A stretch of DNA of 64,000 nt, from IMG/VR virus record IMGVR_UViG_3300028591_000003, positions 112,444-176,443 of that record. One strand, 5' to 3'. This DNA is from a virus (Duplodnaviria; Caudoviricetes). Position 1 is the first letter of the stretch. Every line of letters begins with the position of its first letter. Both the position numbers and the translations under genes were made by a program. Below the pieces are notes generated by a model, which saw only the letters and a list, made by a program, of their open reading frames with translations, had not been told where the DNA came from and made no database searches. Below are positions 10,096 to 22,994 of the stretch, piece by piece.

Positions 10096-11133
10096 ATGAC
10101 AGCGAGAGAACTTTATGAAGGGGTTCTAATAGAATTACAAAAAGAAAGTGCCCCTAATATCTTACTTGAAGACTTTAATTATTTTGCTAATAAAGCTGTA
10201 AATCAGTATGTAAATAAGCGTTATAACATATATGATACAAATCAACAGACTACTGATGATTTAAGAGTATTAAAATCAAATGCTATTTTAATCCCTAAAA
10301 AAGTAAAAGACATATATGATGGACTAACATTAGTTGATTCTGGAATGGCTACATATTATGTTGAACTACCATCTGATTACTTACATTTATTAAATTGTAT
10401 TTGTATATATAATATTACAAAAACATATAAATGTTATAATGCTGGAGATACTTGGAGAGCAGCTGCCACAAAATTAACCGCAGATGCTTATTCACAAGTT
10501 ATTGATAATTTTTGGACTAAACCTACATATAGAAGACCTTATTATTATATACATACTGTAAATCAATATAATACAAATCCAACTAATCCTTATAATTCTG
10601 ATAATGAATTTGGAACTGATATAAATGCAGTAAAAGATACAACAAAAAAAGATGCAAATGGTGTATCTATAGTAGAATAGGATGGAGGTATAATTTAGAG
10701 TATTGATTTAAGAAATAGTTTGTCTAGTACTATACAAGCTTCTTTAGTATAGAGAACTGCTGGAGTACGTTACGGAAATGTTTCTAAAGTAAGAATGGAA
10801 ATTCGTTATGGTACTGATACTTCTGTATTTACTTTAGATCACTCTGATAATCCAAACTCTCCACTTAATAAAGGAGGAAAAATATATATTGATTATATAA
10901 AAGCTCCTTAGCATATACGTCTTACACAAAAACAAATTGATTATACAGAGGATCAATCTCAAATATTAGAGTTTCCAGATTATGTATGTCAAGAGATATT
11001 AAATGAGTTGGTAATTCTTATCATGGAGCATATCTCTGATCCTAAGCTCCAAACATTCCCAGTAGTTAGTTAGTCTATTGCTAATCCAGCTCAGGCATAG
11101 GCCCCATAGGCACAGGGTTAGAGTGCTCAATAA
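10096..11133 (+). CDS. Putative tail ring / head-tail connector protein (345 aa, TAG=Gln)
   Basis: Reads through TAG 10678 to TAA 11131-11133. Motifs TDDLRVL, ELPSDYLH, IDYIKAP and EFPDYVCQEI resemble crAss-like ring proteins. Confidence 0.75.
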
Positions 11134-11148
11134 AAATAATTTTAAATT

Positions 11149-12222
11149 ATGTTTAATTTCACAACTCAAACAGTTTACAATTAGATTTCTACTACAGGTG
11201 CAAATAAAAACTTGTATGTAGCAGCAAATGGAAAAAAGCCAGCTATAAGAGTTGGTAATACTAGATTTGATGCAGATAGTATTTTAGATATTCAAGTTAA
11301 AAATCCTACAGTAGAAAATCTAGCTAAAGTAACTTTTGATTTATCTAAGGTTCTTATTCCATAGAATTCTACTGATAATGAAATAACAGCAAGAATTGTT
11401 CTTTATGTTGGACTTTCTATGAATAGTCAAGATGCTTTCTATGCAAATGACTTTGTATATAAAGGAAAACCTTTATTCATCGAATTTCCCGTTAAGAAAA
11501 CTGATACTGTTGATTTACTAGCAAAGAGAGTAAAAAATATCGCAGATAAGTATCTACTTGTTATGATGGGTACTGAAAAGATTCTTGATGTAACTTTTGA
11601 AGGTACTGCTGCTTCTGGTGATGATCCTGCTACAGGTACAATTACATTTACAGGTGTAAATGGTTATCAATAGATTAAGAAAGCTATTCTTCAGAAATAT
11701 GATCCTGAAGCTAAAACAGTAGATTGCTGCTCTAATCAAGGTGAATATATTGATGTAATTACCGGTGTTCCTGTAGTTTATACTACAGATGCTGATGGTG
11801 TAGTAACTACAAGTAATAATAAGATCGATGCTGATGGCAATACAGTTGCTCTTGAAGAAAATGAAGTAGCAATTACTCCAGGTCTTGAAGCATTTGGTGA
11901 TTACAATTGGTTAATCCATAACCTAAGACTTCCAACTGCTGCAAATTATTATCCCTGGTCTCCTGCAAATAGAATGGGAGAAATTCCTGTTCCTGGACAA
12001 CAATATACTTAGATTATTATTCGTATGATTAAGGAACGTGATGGAATCATGGGAGAAATTGTTGGTGCTAGAGGTACTTCTGTAACTACTCATGTTCTTT
12101 ATGTTGCTGGAAAACCAACAGCAGGTGCTGCTAAGACCGTATTAGACGCTTTCAAAGCTCTTGATGGTGTAACAGCAAAAATTAAAACTGATGCTGATAC
12201 TGCTCTTCAAAGCCCTTTTTAA
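11149..12222 (+). CDS. Structural protein, putative auxiliary capsid protein (357 aa, TAG=Gln)
   Basis: MFNFTTQTVYN..., same frame as ORFs 11419 and 12025. Assignment by synteny between ring-protein genes. Confidence 0.7.
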
Positions 12223-12254
12223 ACGGGGGAGGTGTAACCCCCTCACCAACACCT
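12213..12254 (+). promoter_or_regulatory. Programmed -1 ribosomal frameshift signal (slippery heptamer plus H-type pseudoknot)
   Basis: C-CCT-TTT (12213-12219) in X-XXY-YYZ phase directly before TAA, then a 5-nt spacer. Stem 1 GGGGG/CCCCC (12225-12229/12238-12242), stem 2 AGGTGT/ACACCT (12230-12235/12249-12254). Confidence 0.8.
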
Positions 12255-12593
12255 ACGCCTATCCCGGTAGAGGGTGACGTACAAATCTTTGACGACCCCG
12301 AATGCACACGATACGCTGACGGCTCTGTCGCAACGGTTTATGCTCGAATTAATGTGCCGTGGGGATTTAATGGAGGTTGGGCTGTAGGAAGTACACAGCA
12401 AGCAGGCACTCTCCTGGAAGCATTTGGACCAACTACGGCAAATCCAAACGACCCTTACGCAATTTCAGTGTGGAATTATTGGGTCTCAAACGATTTTGAC
12501 ACACCTTTTGAGGCAGGTCAAATCGTTGAACTTCAACCAAATCCGAATGCTGACCCCATCGCTAACCCGAACGTCATCTTTACCAAACCGTAA
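12219..12593 (+). CDS. -1 frame C-terminal extension (124 aa) of the 11149 protein: Gly/Pro/Thr linker plus small beta-rich domain
   Basis: LNGGGVTPSPTPTPIPVEGDVQIFDDPEC...VIFTKP-TAA. Open from the slip site with no in-frame ATG, and includes ORF 12354-12593. Confidence 0.75.
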   Translation, partial: LNGGGVTPSPTPTPIPVEGDVQIFDDPECTRYADGSVATVYARINVPWGFNGGWAVGSTQQAGTLLEAFGPTTANPNDPYAISVWNYWVSNDFDTPFEAGQIVELQPNPNADPIANPNVIFTKP

Positions 12594-12674
12594 TGACACA
12601 CTCAAGTCGTCATCTAGAAAAAGCAATCGCCGCGGCGTAAACAAATTTTAGTAGATACTTATAATTATTTTAAT

Positions 12675-12714
12675 AAGCTAGACCAGGCCTAAAAAGGTCT
12701 AGTCTAGCTTTTTT
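12675..12714 (+). terminator. Rho-independent terminator
   Basis: AAGCTAGAC-CAGGCCT-AAAA-AGGTCTA-GTCTAGCTT followed by TTTT. Confidence 0.8.
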
Positions 12715-12721
12715 ATTTTAT

Positions 12722-13435
12722 ATGGCTTGGACATCAATTAAACGGCTAGCTGATGCTGTATTTAATGATATAGTTAGTGGACTTCGTGGTTATCACTAGA
12801 ATATGTCAATGTCAAAAGAACAATTAGAAGAAGAAATTGTTCAAATGAGGCTAGCAGTTATTAAAGAATATATGTTAAAAGGAATACTTCCGATAGACGA
12901 TTTATTAATGTCTATTAATTGTGTTCCAGTAGATTGTGATACTTTAGACAAATGTAAATGTGGAGGATTAGTTTGTGGAGAACCTACAGCACATTTTCAA
13001 ATACCTTAGATACTATTTGATTATGGTTTAGGAAAATCTATAAAATATATAGGATCTTCTGATAAAAGACATTCTTTTTTAGTATATACTAAACCTATAG
13101 ATAAAATAAATACATATCAAAAATATAGAAAAAGAGGAAAAAATAAACCTTGGGTTTATGTTGATGTAACTCCAAATTCTGAAGGATTATTAGATTGTTA
13201 TATTTTTGGAGCACCTCTTATTAAGCAAGTTTCTGTTGTAGCTATATTTAAAGATCCTAGATAGTTAGAAGAATTTCAGTGTAATTGTGACGGAAGTGAA
13301 GATAATTAGATGGATATTAATTTTAATTTTTTGGATATTATTATAAAAGATAGACTTACATAGCAAAAATTAAGATATTATCGTCAATATTAGGCTCCAA
13401 TTCTTCCTAACGATTAGACTTATAGCGCCGGATGA
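12722..13435 (+). CDS. Putative tail ring protein (237 aa, TAG=Gln)
   Basis: MAWTSIKRLADAVFND...AIFKDPR...PND(Q)TYSAG-TGA. The xIFxDP motif and position suggest a ring protein. Confidence 0.7.
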
Positions 13436-13437
13436 TT

Positions 13438-14127
13438 ATGAATTTAAATAATTTTCATTATATAGCAGTACTTCTAGATTAGTTTTATGGGTTAGAATTA
13501 GAAGATGAGGAATTAGAAGAAATGGGTTTAATGGGATGGGAATTAATCGGAAATAAAAATACTAAACTTTATCAATTTAGGACTTGTCCCGATTCTAATA
13601 ATTCAATAAAATTACCTTGTAATGCATCTTCTGTAGAATCCGTTACAACTTCTTATGAAGATTGGAAAAGAATTACAAACTATTCAGAAAACGGAGATCA
13701 AAGAACATCATTCATAGAAAATCATATAGAAGCAGAAAAAATTTACAGAAGTCCTTATTATATGTCTGGAAAATTAATTCCTTATGAATTAGTAGACGAT
13801 ACTTTATATTTTACTGGAAATTATGGTACACTGAATATCTTATATAAAGGTATTTTAGTTGACGAAGAAGGTTTGCCAATGCTTTCAAATAAAGAAGCTA
13901 TGGCAATAGCTACTTATATCGCATATTATTTAAAATATAAAGAAGGTTTAAAAACAAATAATACAGGAATAATTAATCTTGCTAATAATTTAGAATAGAA
14001 ATGGCTTAAACAGTGTGATTAGGCAAGAGTAACTCCATTAAGTCAAAATGATATGAATGAAATACTAAACATAAAAGATAGTTGGAATCGTCACAATTAT
14101 GGTTTATCTTATAAACCTATACATTAA
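13438..14127 (+). CDS. Putative tail ring / tubular protein (229 aa, TAG=Gln)
   Basis: IKLPCN...ILYKGILVDEEGLP...AIATYI, open to TAA 14125-14127. Confidence 0.7.
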
Positions 14128-14573
14128 TGCATTGGGCGTTAGGTTGGGCTTGTAATCTTAATGATATTTTTGTTCGATTTCCATACGAAAAATGTAAACA
14201 CTTAATTCAAATTTATAAAACTAAAAATGAATAGAGATAGAAAATAAAGCAAATCTTTAGAACGGGAGTTGAAATAATTTTGAATGATATTATAGAAAAT
14301 AATTCTACATTTCAACTTCCTTCTTTAGGTTATTATGGTGGAGAAATTCACTTTGAACCTGTTAAAGGAGAAGAATTTATAAATTTAAGATCTAAAGGTA
14401 AATTCTCTGGAATAGATTTTTTAGAGACTATGTTTACTGGATATCAGCTTTATCTATATTTACACGGAAAAAGAGACAATTTCTTAGCTAGAAGAAAATA
14501 TCCTATTTATATGAATAAATTTTATAAAGAAAAATTAGAAACTCTTGCCAATAACGGACAAATTTATTGTTAA
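14127..14573 (+). CDS. Hypothetical protein (148 aa), at the position of IHF-like genes in crAss-like tail modules
   Basis: TAATG coupling at both ends, same frame as ORF 14280. Confidence 0.7.
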
Positions 14574-15139
14574 TGAAGATAACTACTATAGATGATTATG
14601 TTGATGCTGTATGTGAAAAATATCCAGAAATTCCAAAAGATGAAATAAAAAGAATTTTAGTTTATGGCTTTAAAATGATATTATAGTATATAAGTTTTGG
14701 AAATGATATATCTATCATGTCTAATAAATTCTTTTTATTCATTGGTAAAATTCCAAGTTCTGCTTTAGCTGCTTTTAACACTTATTGTTATAAACTTGCA
14801 AAAAGAATACAATATATGTTTAGAAGAACTAAATCTAAATGGGATGGATATTATTATTTTGCTAGAACAGAAGATTAGTATTTAAATTACTTAAGTTAGA
14901 ACAAGAAAAAATATAAAGTATTTCAAAATGTAATGCTTTATAAATTATTAGATGAATGTAAAATAAAAGAACACTCTAAACAATATATATTTAGGTTATC
15001 AGAAGATAAAACACAGTGGATGTAGAAATTTTACAAAGAAATTAAATCTGATAAAGCCGAATTAATAATTTAGAGAGATCCTTTAAAGATGAAAGATTTA
15101 CTTACATCTTAGAATAAATTTAAATATATACAATAGTAA
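14573..15139 (+). CDS. Hypothetical basic protein (188 aa, TAG=Gln), possibly IHF/HU-like N-terminus
   Basis: MKITTIDDYVDAVCEKYPEIPKDEIKRILVYG..., ends CAA-TAG-TAA. Confidence 0.7.
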
Positions 15140-15140
15140 T

Positions 15141-18100
15141 ATGGAATAGGCAACGAATACATTTAGTAAAGGTCTACAACTTGATACTAACCCTATGATT
15201 TAGGGAAATGATTCATTGACAGACTGTCTGAATGGTACAGTAATTACTATGAATGGTAATGAACTTATTTTACAAAATGATATGGGTAATGGAAAAGTAC
15301 ACAAAGCTTTTTTACCTGCTGGATATTAGCCAGTAGGAATGAAAGAATATGGAGGCATTATTTATGTAGCTGCCTATAACCCCATTACTAATAAATCTCA
15401 AATTGGAAGTTTTCCTTCTCCTCAAATAATTTTCGATGATAACACAGAAAATAAACAAGAAATCGAAAAATCAACATCATTAGAGTCTAGATTAATTAAA
15501 TTGACTGATGATATTCTTCATGCTGGAGATAATTTTCTAGTTTATTCTAAAGACAATTTAGATTCATCGAATATTACTAACTATAATAACATATATGGAA
15601 ATAAAATAAAATCTCCGAAAAATAAACTTTATACCTATTCAATCGGAATATTAAATTCTTAGAATCAATTTGTAGATATTACATCTTCCTTAAAAAGATA
15701 TAATGCTAATGGAAATATAATTAAATTTACTGATAACGATTCAGAATTATATAAATTTAATAGTGGATATTTTATTCCAACAATAATTGATCCAAAAAAT
15801 TTAGATTATAATAAAGTAGTAAATATATATTCATATAAATTAGTTGGTCCTCTATATTTAAAGATTCAAACTAACTATGTTTAGGATTTTAGTTATAGTA
15901 TATAGGATGCTGAAATAACAACAAAAGAAGATAAAAAATGCTTAGAATTTTCTATATCAGGAACATTAATTTATAATTGTCCAGATGGATATGTTGTTCC
16001 CTAGAACGAGGTAGAGAAATGGGAACCTGGAGATGATACCTATTATACTTATGAAAATGGTAATGTAAAAAATTCAAATGTTTTTGGATTTGATTTGTTT
16101 ATTGATGGTAAAAAAGAACCACTAAATAAGGATAAAACTTTTTCCGTAACTTATAATAAAGAAACTAATTTATATTATACAACAATAGAAGGTAAATATA
16201 GAATAGAAGAATTATCACCTGATAAATTTGAAATACCTTATACTATTAAAGTAAAAAGTCCATTATTAACATATACAGGTGAATCAACATATATAGAAAA
16301 ACTAAATGATTCTGGAACAATAGAATTATCTTTAATCGGAACTGATGAAGCAAAACTTTCTGCTTGGAGATATAAGTATGATTCTGGAAATATAATGCTT
16401 ACTTACTCATTAGATGTATATCTAAATTCTAATAAACAATATAGTGAAATTAATTTTGAATTTATTGACGTTATAGATAATAATTCACGTCATAAATTAA
16501 ATTCAACTTATCCAGTTACGACTGGTAGAAGAACTATTTATTTTAGTAATTCTGATTTTGATAGTCCATTAACAGAAAGAAGATTATATAAAATAAATAT
16601 GTTCTACAAAATCGGTAATAAGAAAGTACAAATTTTAGGTGAAAACACTAATGTTAATAGATGGATATTAACAACTCCGTTATTTAATGATTGTTATAAT
16701 AAATTGTAGGATTATGGATGGGAACATACTGCTAATAATGAACAAGATATAATTTATAATAAACTAAAAGTAGAATTAGAAACTGATGGTGATATAACTT
16801 TTAAAAAAGAAGATACTACAGTTAAAACTACTGGAAAATTATTTCCTCCTAAGTCTGGAAATGTAGAATATAAATATACTACAACTACAAAATATTCTTT
16901 AATTAATAAAAAAACAGCAAAAATTAAAAATGAATATCCTTCATTCTTAAGTTTAGAAGATAGTTCTTTAGAAATACAAGGAGTTAATATTATTTCTGAC
17001 AATAATATTGTAACTGGAAGTTATGGTACTAATAAACTCACATTAACAGTTACTGATACATTTACTGGAAGTAGAGGAACATAGAACATTAATATATCAA
17101 GAGCATTTGATAAAATTATTAATTGTAAAGACATCATAATAGGAAATCCTTCTTATTCTGGAATATATTTTCATCCTTCTGGTAGCGGTAAACATTATAA
17201 AAGAGTTATAAATTATTATAATAAAACAGTTAATATGGATGATAATATATCTGGTTATACTGAATCGTTTTTTATAGAAAATCATGTAATATTGAATTTT
17301 AATGATACAAGAATAGCTGATTATTATCATGATATTTTTAATTCTGTTAATCAAAACTGTAATCTTGTATATTTATTTGTAAAACAAAGTAGTGATAGTG
17401 GTCTTACTGATATTTATTATGTAAATGAACTAAATGATGACGGACTTCCACATACAACAGACTATAGTGCTAGATATTATTCAAAATTATGGTGGAGAAA
17501 TAAAAATCACGAATGGACTTTAGTAGATGGATTAATTGAGCGTAATAAGAGTGATAGTATTATAACTACAATGTTTGGAAATAAAAAAGATAATTATGTT
17601 TATTGTGCATATAATTAGTATGATAAATTTAGTAATGATTTTAAAATTCCAATCAATTGCAAGTATAATGAATATTATAAAGGCAATGTTAATTGTAATA
17701 TAAATATAATTTCTTCAAACAAATTACAAAAGGTTGATGATGAAATTAGTAAAATATTAGATTTTCATTTAGAATCTACTCCTTTCTCTGAAAATATAGA
17801 AATTCCTGTTGAATCTAGTCTTGCTTTCCAAGATGATATACAAAAAGCAATAACAGGTAATGTGGATGGAATATATCTAGAAACAGGTGCTATAAGAGAT
17901 GCAAATGGAAATTTATTAAAGAGAACTTAGATATATGATAATAATTTAAATCCAATTTCAATTCCAGTAGTTGTTGAAACAAGTTCTGCTAATACTGATC
18001 ATAATATTCTATTATGTTCTCCAACTAATATCGAAAGAAATGATAATTTTAAATATTTACTATCAAATAATAGTGCTATAAAAGGAGGACTAGAATTTAC

Positions 18101-18143
18101 GGGAAGTATAATAACAACTATTGGAGCTAGCGATTTTACATAA
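15141..18143 (+). CDS. Tail stabilization/muzzle-family protein 1 (about 1000 aa, TAG=Gln)
   Basis: N-terminus ME(Q)ATNTFSKGLQLD...LNG...LQNDMGN resembles crAss-like stabilization proteins. ORFs 15339, 16095 and 17235 share the frame. Confidence 0.8.
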
Positions 18144-18144
18144 T

Positions 18145-21100
18145 ATGAATTTACAAATTTATTAGAAATCCTTAAAACAAAAAGGAAATATAGCATACGA
18201 ATATCATCCATTTCACAATTATCAAACTAGTGTAGACATATATAAAGTAGAAAAAGATGGAATAGAATATTGTATTCCATATAAACAAGCAATAAATTTA
18301 GATAATGGTGAACTCCTTAATAAAATTGAAAATGGAAGTTATTGGGTAGATAAAAGAAGCAGAATAATTGAAAATTATATTACTTGGGATGGTCATTATA
18401 TTAATGGAGGAAAATTTGAAAGTGTTCCTTCAGAAATATTATATCCAGCAGGTTCTTTAATTGATTTAGATACTGACAAATTAAATTTCGATTTAAATCA
18501 TCCTGTTGATATAACAATACAACCATCTTATGACGGTTCTGTAAATTTAATTCTTAATGATGACAAAAATATTCCAAGATTAATTAATTCTAGATTTTCT
18601 GTAAGAGAGAAAAATACATACGAAATAGTAGATAGAATAGGTGAAAATGATACTAATATATATAATTCAGATACTTTTGATAAAGATACTTCATTATATT
18701 TTTAGTGTGAAACAAATCCTGTTATAAAATATTTAGGATTTATAAATGGAATATTACCAGTAGGACAATATTGTTTTTATTTTACATATTGTGATGCTGA
18801 TGATAATGAATCCGATTATATTGCAGAATCTGGATTAATACCTGTATTTATTGGTTCAGATTCTGATCCTAACTCAATAGATGGAGGGATAAAGAATCAA
18901 AATTCTAATAAAGGTATTAGATTAAGACTTAATAATATAGACAAATCTTATAATTATTTAAAAGTATATTATGTAAGATATTTTGCAGATTATGAACAAA
19001 ATAGGGTTTATGAATGTAAAAAAATTTATCAAAAATATCCTATAAATTCTAACCTATTATATCTTCAAATAACTGGAAATGAAGAAGCTGAAGATATTGA
19101 TCCAAATATCTTAAATATACAAAGATTTAATCCAAAAAGTATATTAACACAAGCACAATGTAAAAATATGTTATTTTTTGGAAATATTGTAAAAAATACT
19201 GATAATTATACTGAGTTATAGGATTGTGCTTTAAGAATTATTCCAAAAGTATATGAGAAAGACTTCGAGAAACTTAATAACGATTATGAATCTAATCAAA
19301 CATATTGTTATTATAATTCTATAAATATATATAATCAGGTTGGATATTTCGATCAAGAATTCTATAGATTTGGAATAGTATTCATTTATAAAAACGGAAC
19401 ATTATCTAATGTTTACAATACATTAGGATGTACTTTAAGTCCAGAAGATAAAGAAAATAAAGAAAATAATTGCAAAATAAAAACTCAATTATTTGTTAAT
19501 AATAATGAAGGTTTAAGAATTAGACAATATATTAAAATTGATGATTTTGGATGGATTAAAAATGAAATTGGATAGAATTTAAATGCTAGAGGTGTATGTT
19601 AGTTTAAATATAACAAGGAGTATAACGATTCTAAAATTTTCGGAATTAAATTTGAAATCCCTATAGAAGTTATAGATTATTTAAAAAAAGATTTAGGTGT
19701 AAGAGGATTATTTTTCGTAAGACAAAAAAGAATTCCTAATGTTTTAGCTCAATGTTATCTAATGCCTTTAGATAAAATATTAGAAGCACCTGTAATTAAA
19801 ATTGGAAATGAATATCAAACTGAATGTTTTGTAACACAAAATGATAGATTGATAAGACATGATTATAAATCTAGACTTTATAAATATTAGAATAAAACAG
19901 ATAATATAAGTAAAAATGCTTATGCTGCTATTTGTCCTGATTTTCTTTTAAATTAGCCTTATTATAATCAAATTTTTAACGGAGGAAAATTCAGAATACA
20001 ACAAATCTCAAAATCCAATTCTGAATTAGTAAGTAATTCAAGATATTATAAAGAAAAAGAGGATACTAAATATGAAGTAAATAAAAATCTTAATTTAGTT
20101 AAAATATGTTCAGTTACTGAAAATGTTTCTCAGGTTGCTATAAATGATTAGATTTTTAGTTTAAATAAGGGATATGCTGAAGAGGTTTTTAGATTTAAAT
20201 ATGCTGAATAGGATAATAGTAGTTATACTTTAGGAGAAGGTTCTTCAGAAGATGTAACTAAAGCAACTAATATTGTAAGAGGAATATATTCCCCGTTTTT
20301 AGCTATATATTCTTCTTAGCCGTTAAACGTAAATGCTCTTTATAATATATATCGAGAAAATGTAATTAATATTATACAAGAATTTCAAAATAGAATGGAT
20401 TCATCTGAACCATTTTATGCTATAAGTGATAGATATAATTTTGAAGATTTAGATACAATCTCAAATACAAAAATTGTAACTTGTTGGAGAGGTGACTGTT
20501 ATTTAAATACTTTTACTTATAGATTAAATAGAAATTTCAATGATCCAACTTTACCAAATAATGATACTATTATTGATGAAAAAACTTGGTTAAATAATTA
20601 TGATGCTGAAGACTAGACAAAATGGGAAAAAATTTCTAGGTCTGATTTAAATGCAATTTAGATGGGAAGTTGGATTACATTTAAAGTAAGAAGTTATATG
20701 AATTATGCTCTTCGTTCTGAAGATCATTCATACGTTTCTGAAGAAGCGTTGATGGGAAGTCCTAGAAGTTTTTATCCTCGTTAGAAAGTAATGTGGAAAG
20801 GAAATAATAAATAGCCAGATTCATATTTATACAATGATGCATATAGAGCATCACTTGGATTCAAATGTTATTTTACATTACAAGATATAAATTATTTAAA
20901 AAATTCTTTTTCAAATAGAATATAGTATTCTGCAATATCTATTTAGGATTCTTTTAAAAATAATTATAGAGAATCATTATCGACATATTTTAGAGATTAT
21001 TCTCAAGAATACGGAGGAATAACTAAATTAGTAGGATTTGAAGGATACTTATTAGTAATATTCGAACACGCCATTGCTGTCGCTGTAGTTAACGAAAGAG

Positions 21101-22989
21101 TTTTAGCTGGAAATGGAGATGGTGAACCTGTATTTATTAATACACAAAATGTTCTTCCAGAAGAATTAACAATAATTTCTGATACATACGGAACTCAATG
21201 GGGAGATTCTGTAATTAAATCTGAAGTCGGATATGTTTATGGTGTTGATACAATCGCTAAAAAGATATGGAAAGTTAAAGGATAGTAGATAGAAATATTA
21301 TCTGATTTAAAAGTTAATAAATTTTTAATTGATAATATTTCTTTAGGTGAAAGAGAAGTATATCCAATAATAGGTCTTAAAAATGTAAAAACTCATTATA
21401 ATAATAATAAAAAAGATATAATATTTACATTTTATGATGATATTTACAAAGATGAAGAAAAAGTATGGAGTCTTTGCTATAATGAATTATTAAATCAATT
21501 TATAACATTTTATAGTTGGATTCCGAGTTTTTCTGAAAATATTGATACTTAGTTCTTTACTTTTAATAGAAATACAGCTAAAAAACTTTCATTATTAAGT
21601 AAATGTAATTATGCTATTCCAGAAAATACTGGAGTTTTAGTTGATACTCCAATATTAAAAGAATCTGATAATTATTATCAAACACAATTATATTATTGTA
21701 CAATTAATAAAGAAATATATGGTGTTGGAGATAATTTAATTACAAAAGAAATTAATAGATATTTATAGAAAGACGTTAAATTCCATTTAGAAAAAGATCA
21801 TTGGAAATACTACGAATAGGTAAATATTAATGAAAATACCGGAGAAGTTAAAGTTGCTAAAGGATTATTTAATAATAATGATATAATTATAATATATATT
21901 ACACCTTATATAGAAAATAATAATGGTAAAATTATTTTATAGACAGAAAGTATAGCTTTAACTATCCCTGATAAATTAAATGAATATACAACACATTTTT
22001 ATATTCATGGATAGTCTGGTATAATTACTGATAAAGACCCTATTTATCCAACACACTGGTATGATGAATATCATCCATTCGAATTTGAATTTGTTGTAAA
22101 TGACAAAATTGCACAACAAAAAATATTTTAGAATTTGATAATAATATCAAATAAAGCTGAGCCAGAATCTTTCCATTTTGAAATTGAGGGAGATAATTAT
22201 GAATTTTCTTCTGATAAACGTACAATGTATTTTAGACAAGAATCAACTAAAAATTTATTTTAGAACCTCGGCTCTGATATATTATATGATAGAGATTTTG
22301 AAAATGTAAAATCGAACGGATATACTTATGAACAATATTATAGAGGTAATGGAATAAATCCTGACAATGGAACTAAAAATAACTATGAAAGTTATAAAAA
22401 TTCATATCCTGTACAAAATAAAGGATTAGTTAGACAAGTAAAATCTACTATATTTCCATTATACTATGAAAGAATTGATACATACAATGATATTTATCAT
22501 CATTATTCAGAAATGAAAGGTAATAATTACGATTTTAAAAATCTTTCAGGTTCAGAAATAAAATGGATTAAAGATTCAAATCAATTTGATATTGTTACTC
22601 ATATTAAAAATAGTCCAATTGATTTAGTTGGAAGAATGAGAGGAAATTCTATGTATAAAGAGGGAAAATGGAATATTCAAATTCCTTCAATTATATTTAG
22701 TTAGAAAAATGAAAATTGGACTGACTTACCTCCTATAATAGTTAATTCTCAAAATATTCCAAATGATTTAAGAACTGAAAAAGTATCTAAAGACAAACTT
22801 CCAAACATTTATATAAATCCCGAACAAGAAGATTTGGATTTAAGAAATTATTTGGAAGTTGGAGAATGGACTAATAGAAAGGAAACTAAAATCAGAGATA
22901 AATGGATAAAAATAAGAATTAGATATAGTGGAAAGAACTTAGCTGTTATACACAGTTTAATTACTTTATATAATATAAGTTATAGTTAA
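18145..22989 (+). CDS. Tail stabilization/muzzle-family protein 2 (about 1614 aa, TAG=Gln)
   Basis: ORFs 20395 and 22513 share the frame. Motifs YRFGIVF, GDCY, YGTQW, FYSWIP and C-terminal KIRDKWIKIRIRY...SYS. Confidence 0.8.
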
Positions 22990-22994
22990 TAATT

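Noticed and set aside
12222-12650. GC-rich stretch as a tRNA/ncRNA or as a DGR variable/template repeat
   Set aside because: No cloverleaf, second copy or reverse transcriptase was seen in the window. The open -1 frame explains it better, although a DGR elsewhere in the genome cannot be excluded.
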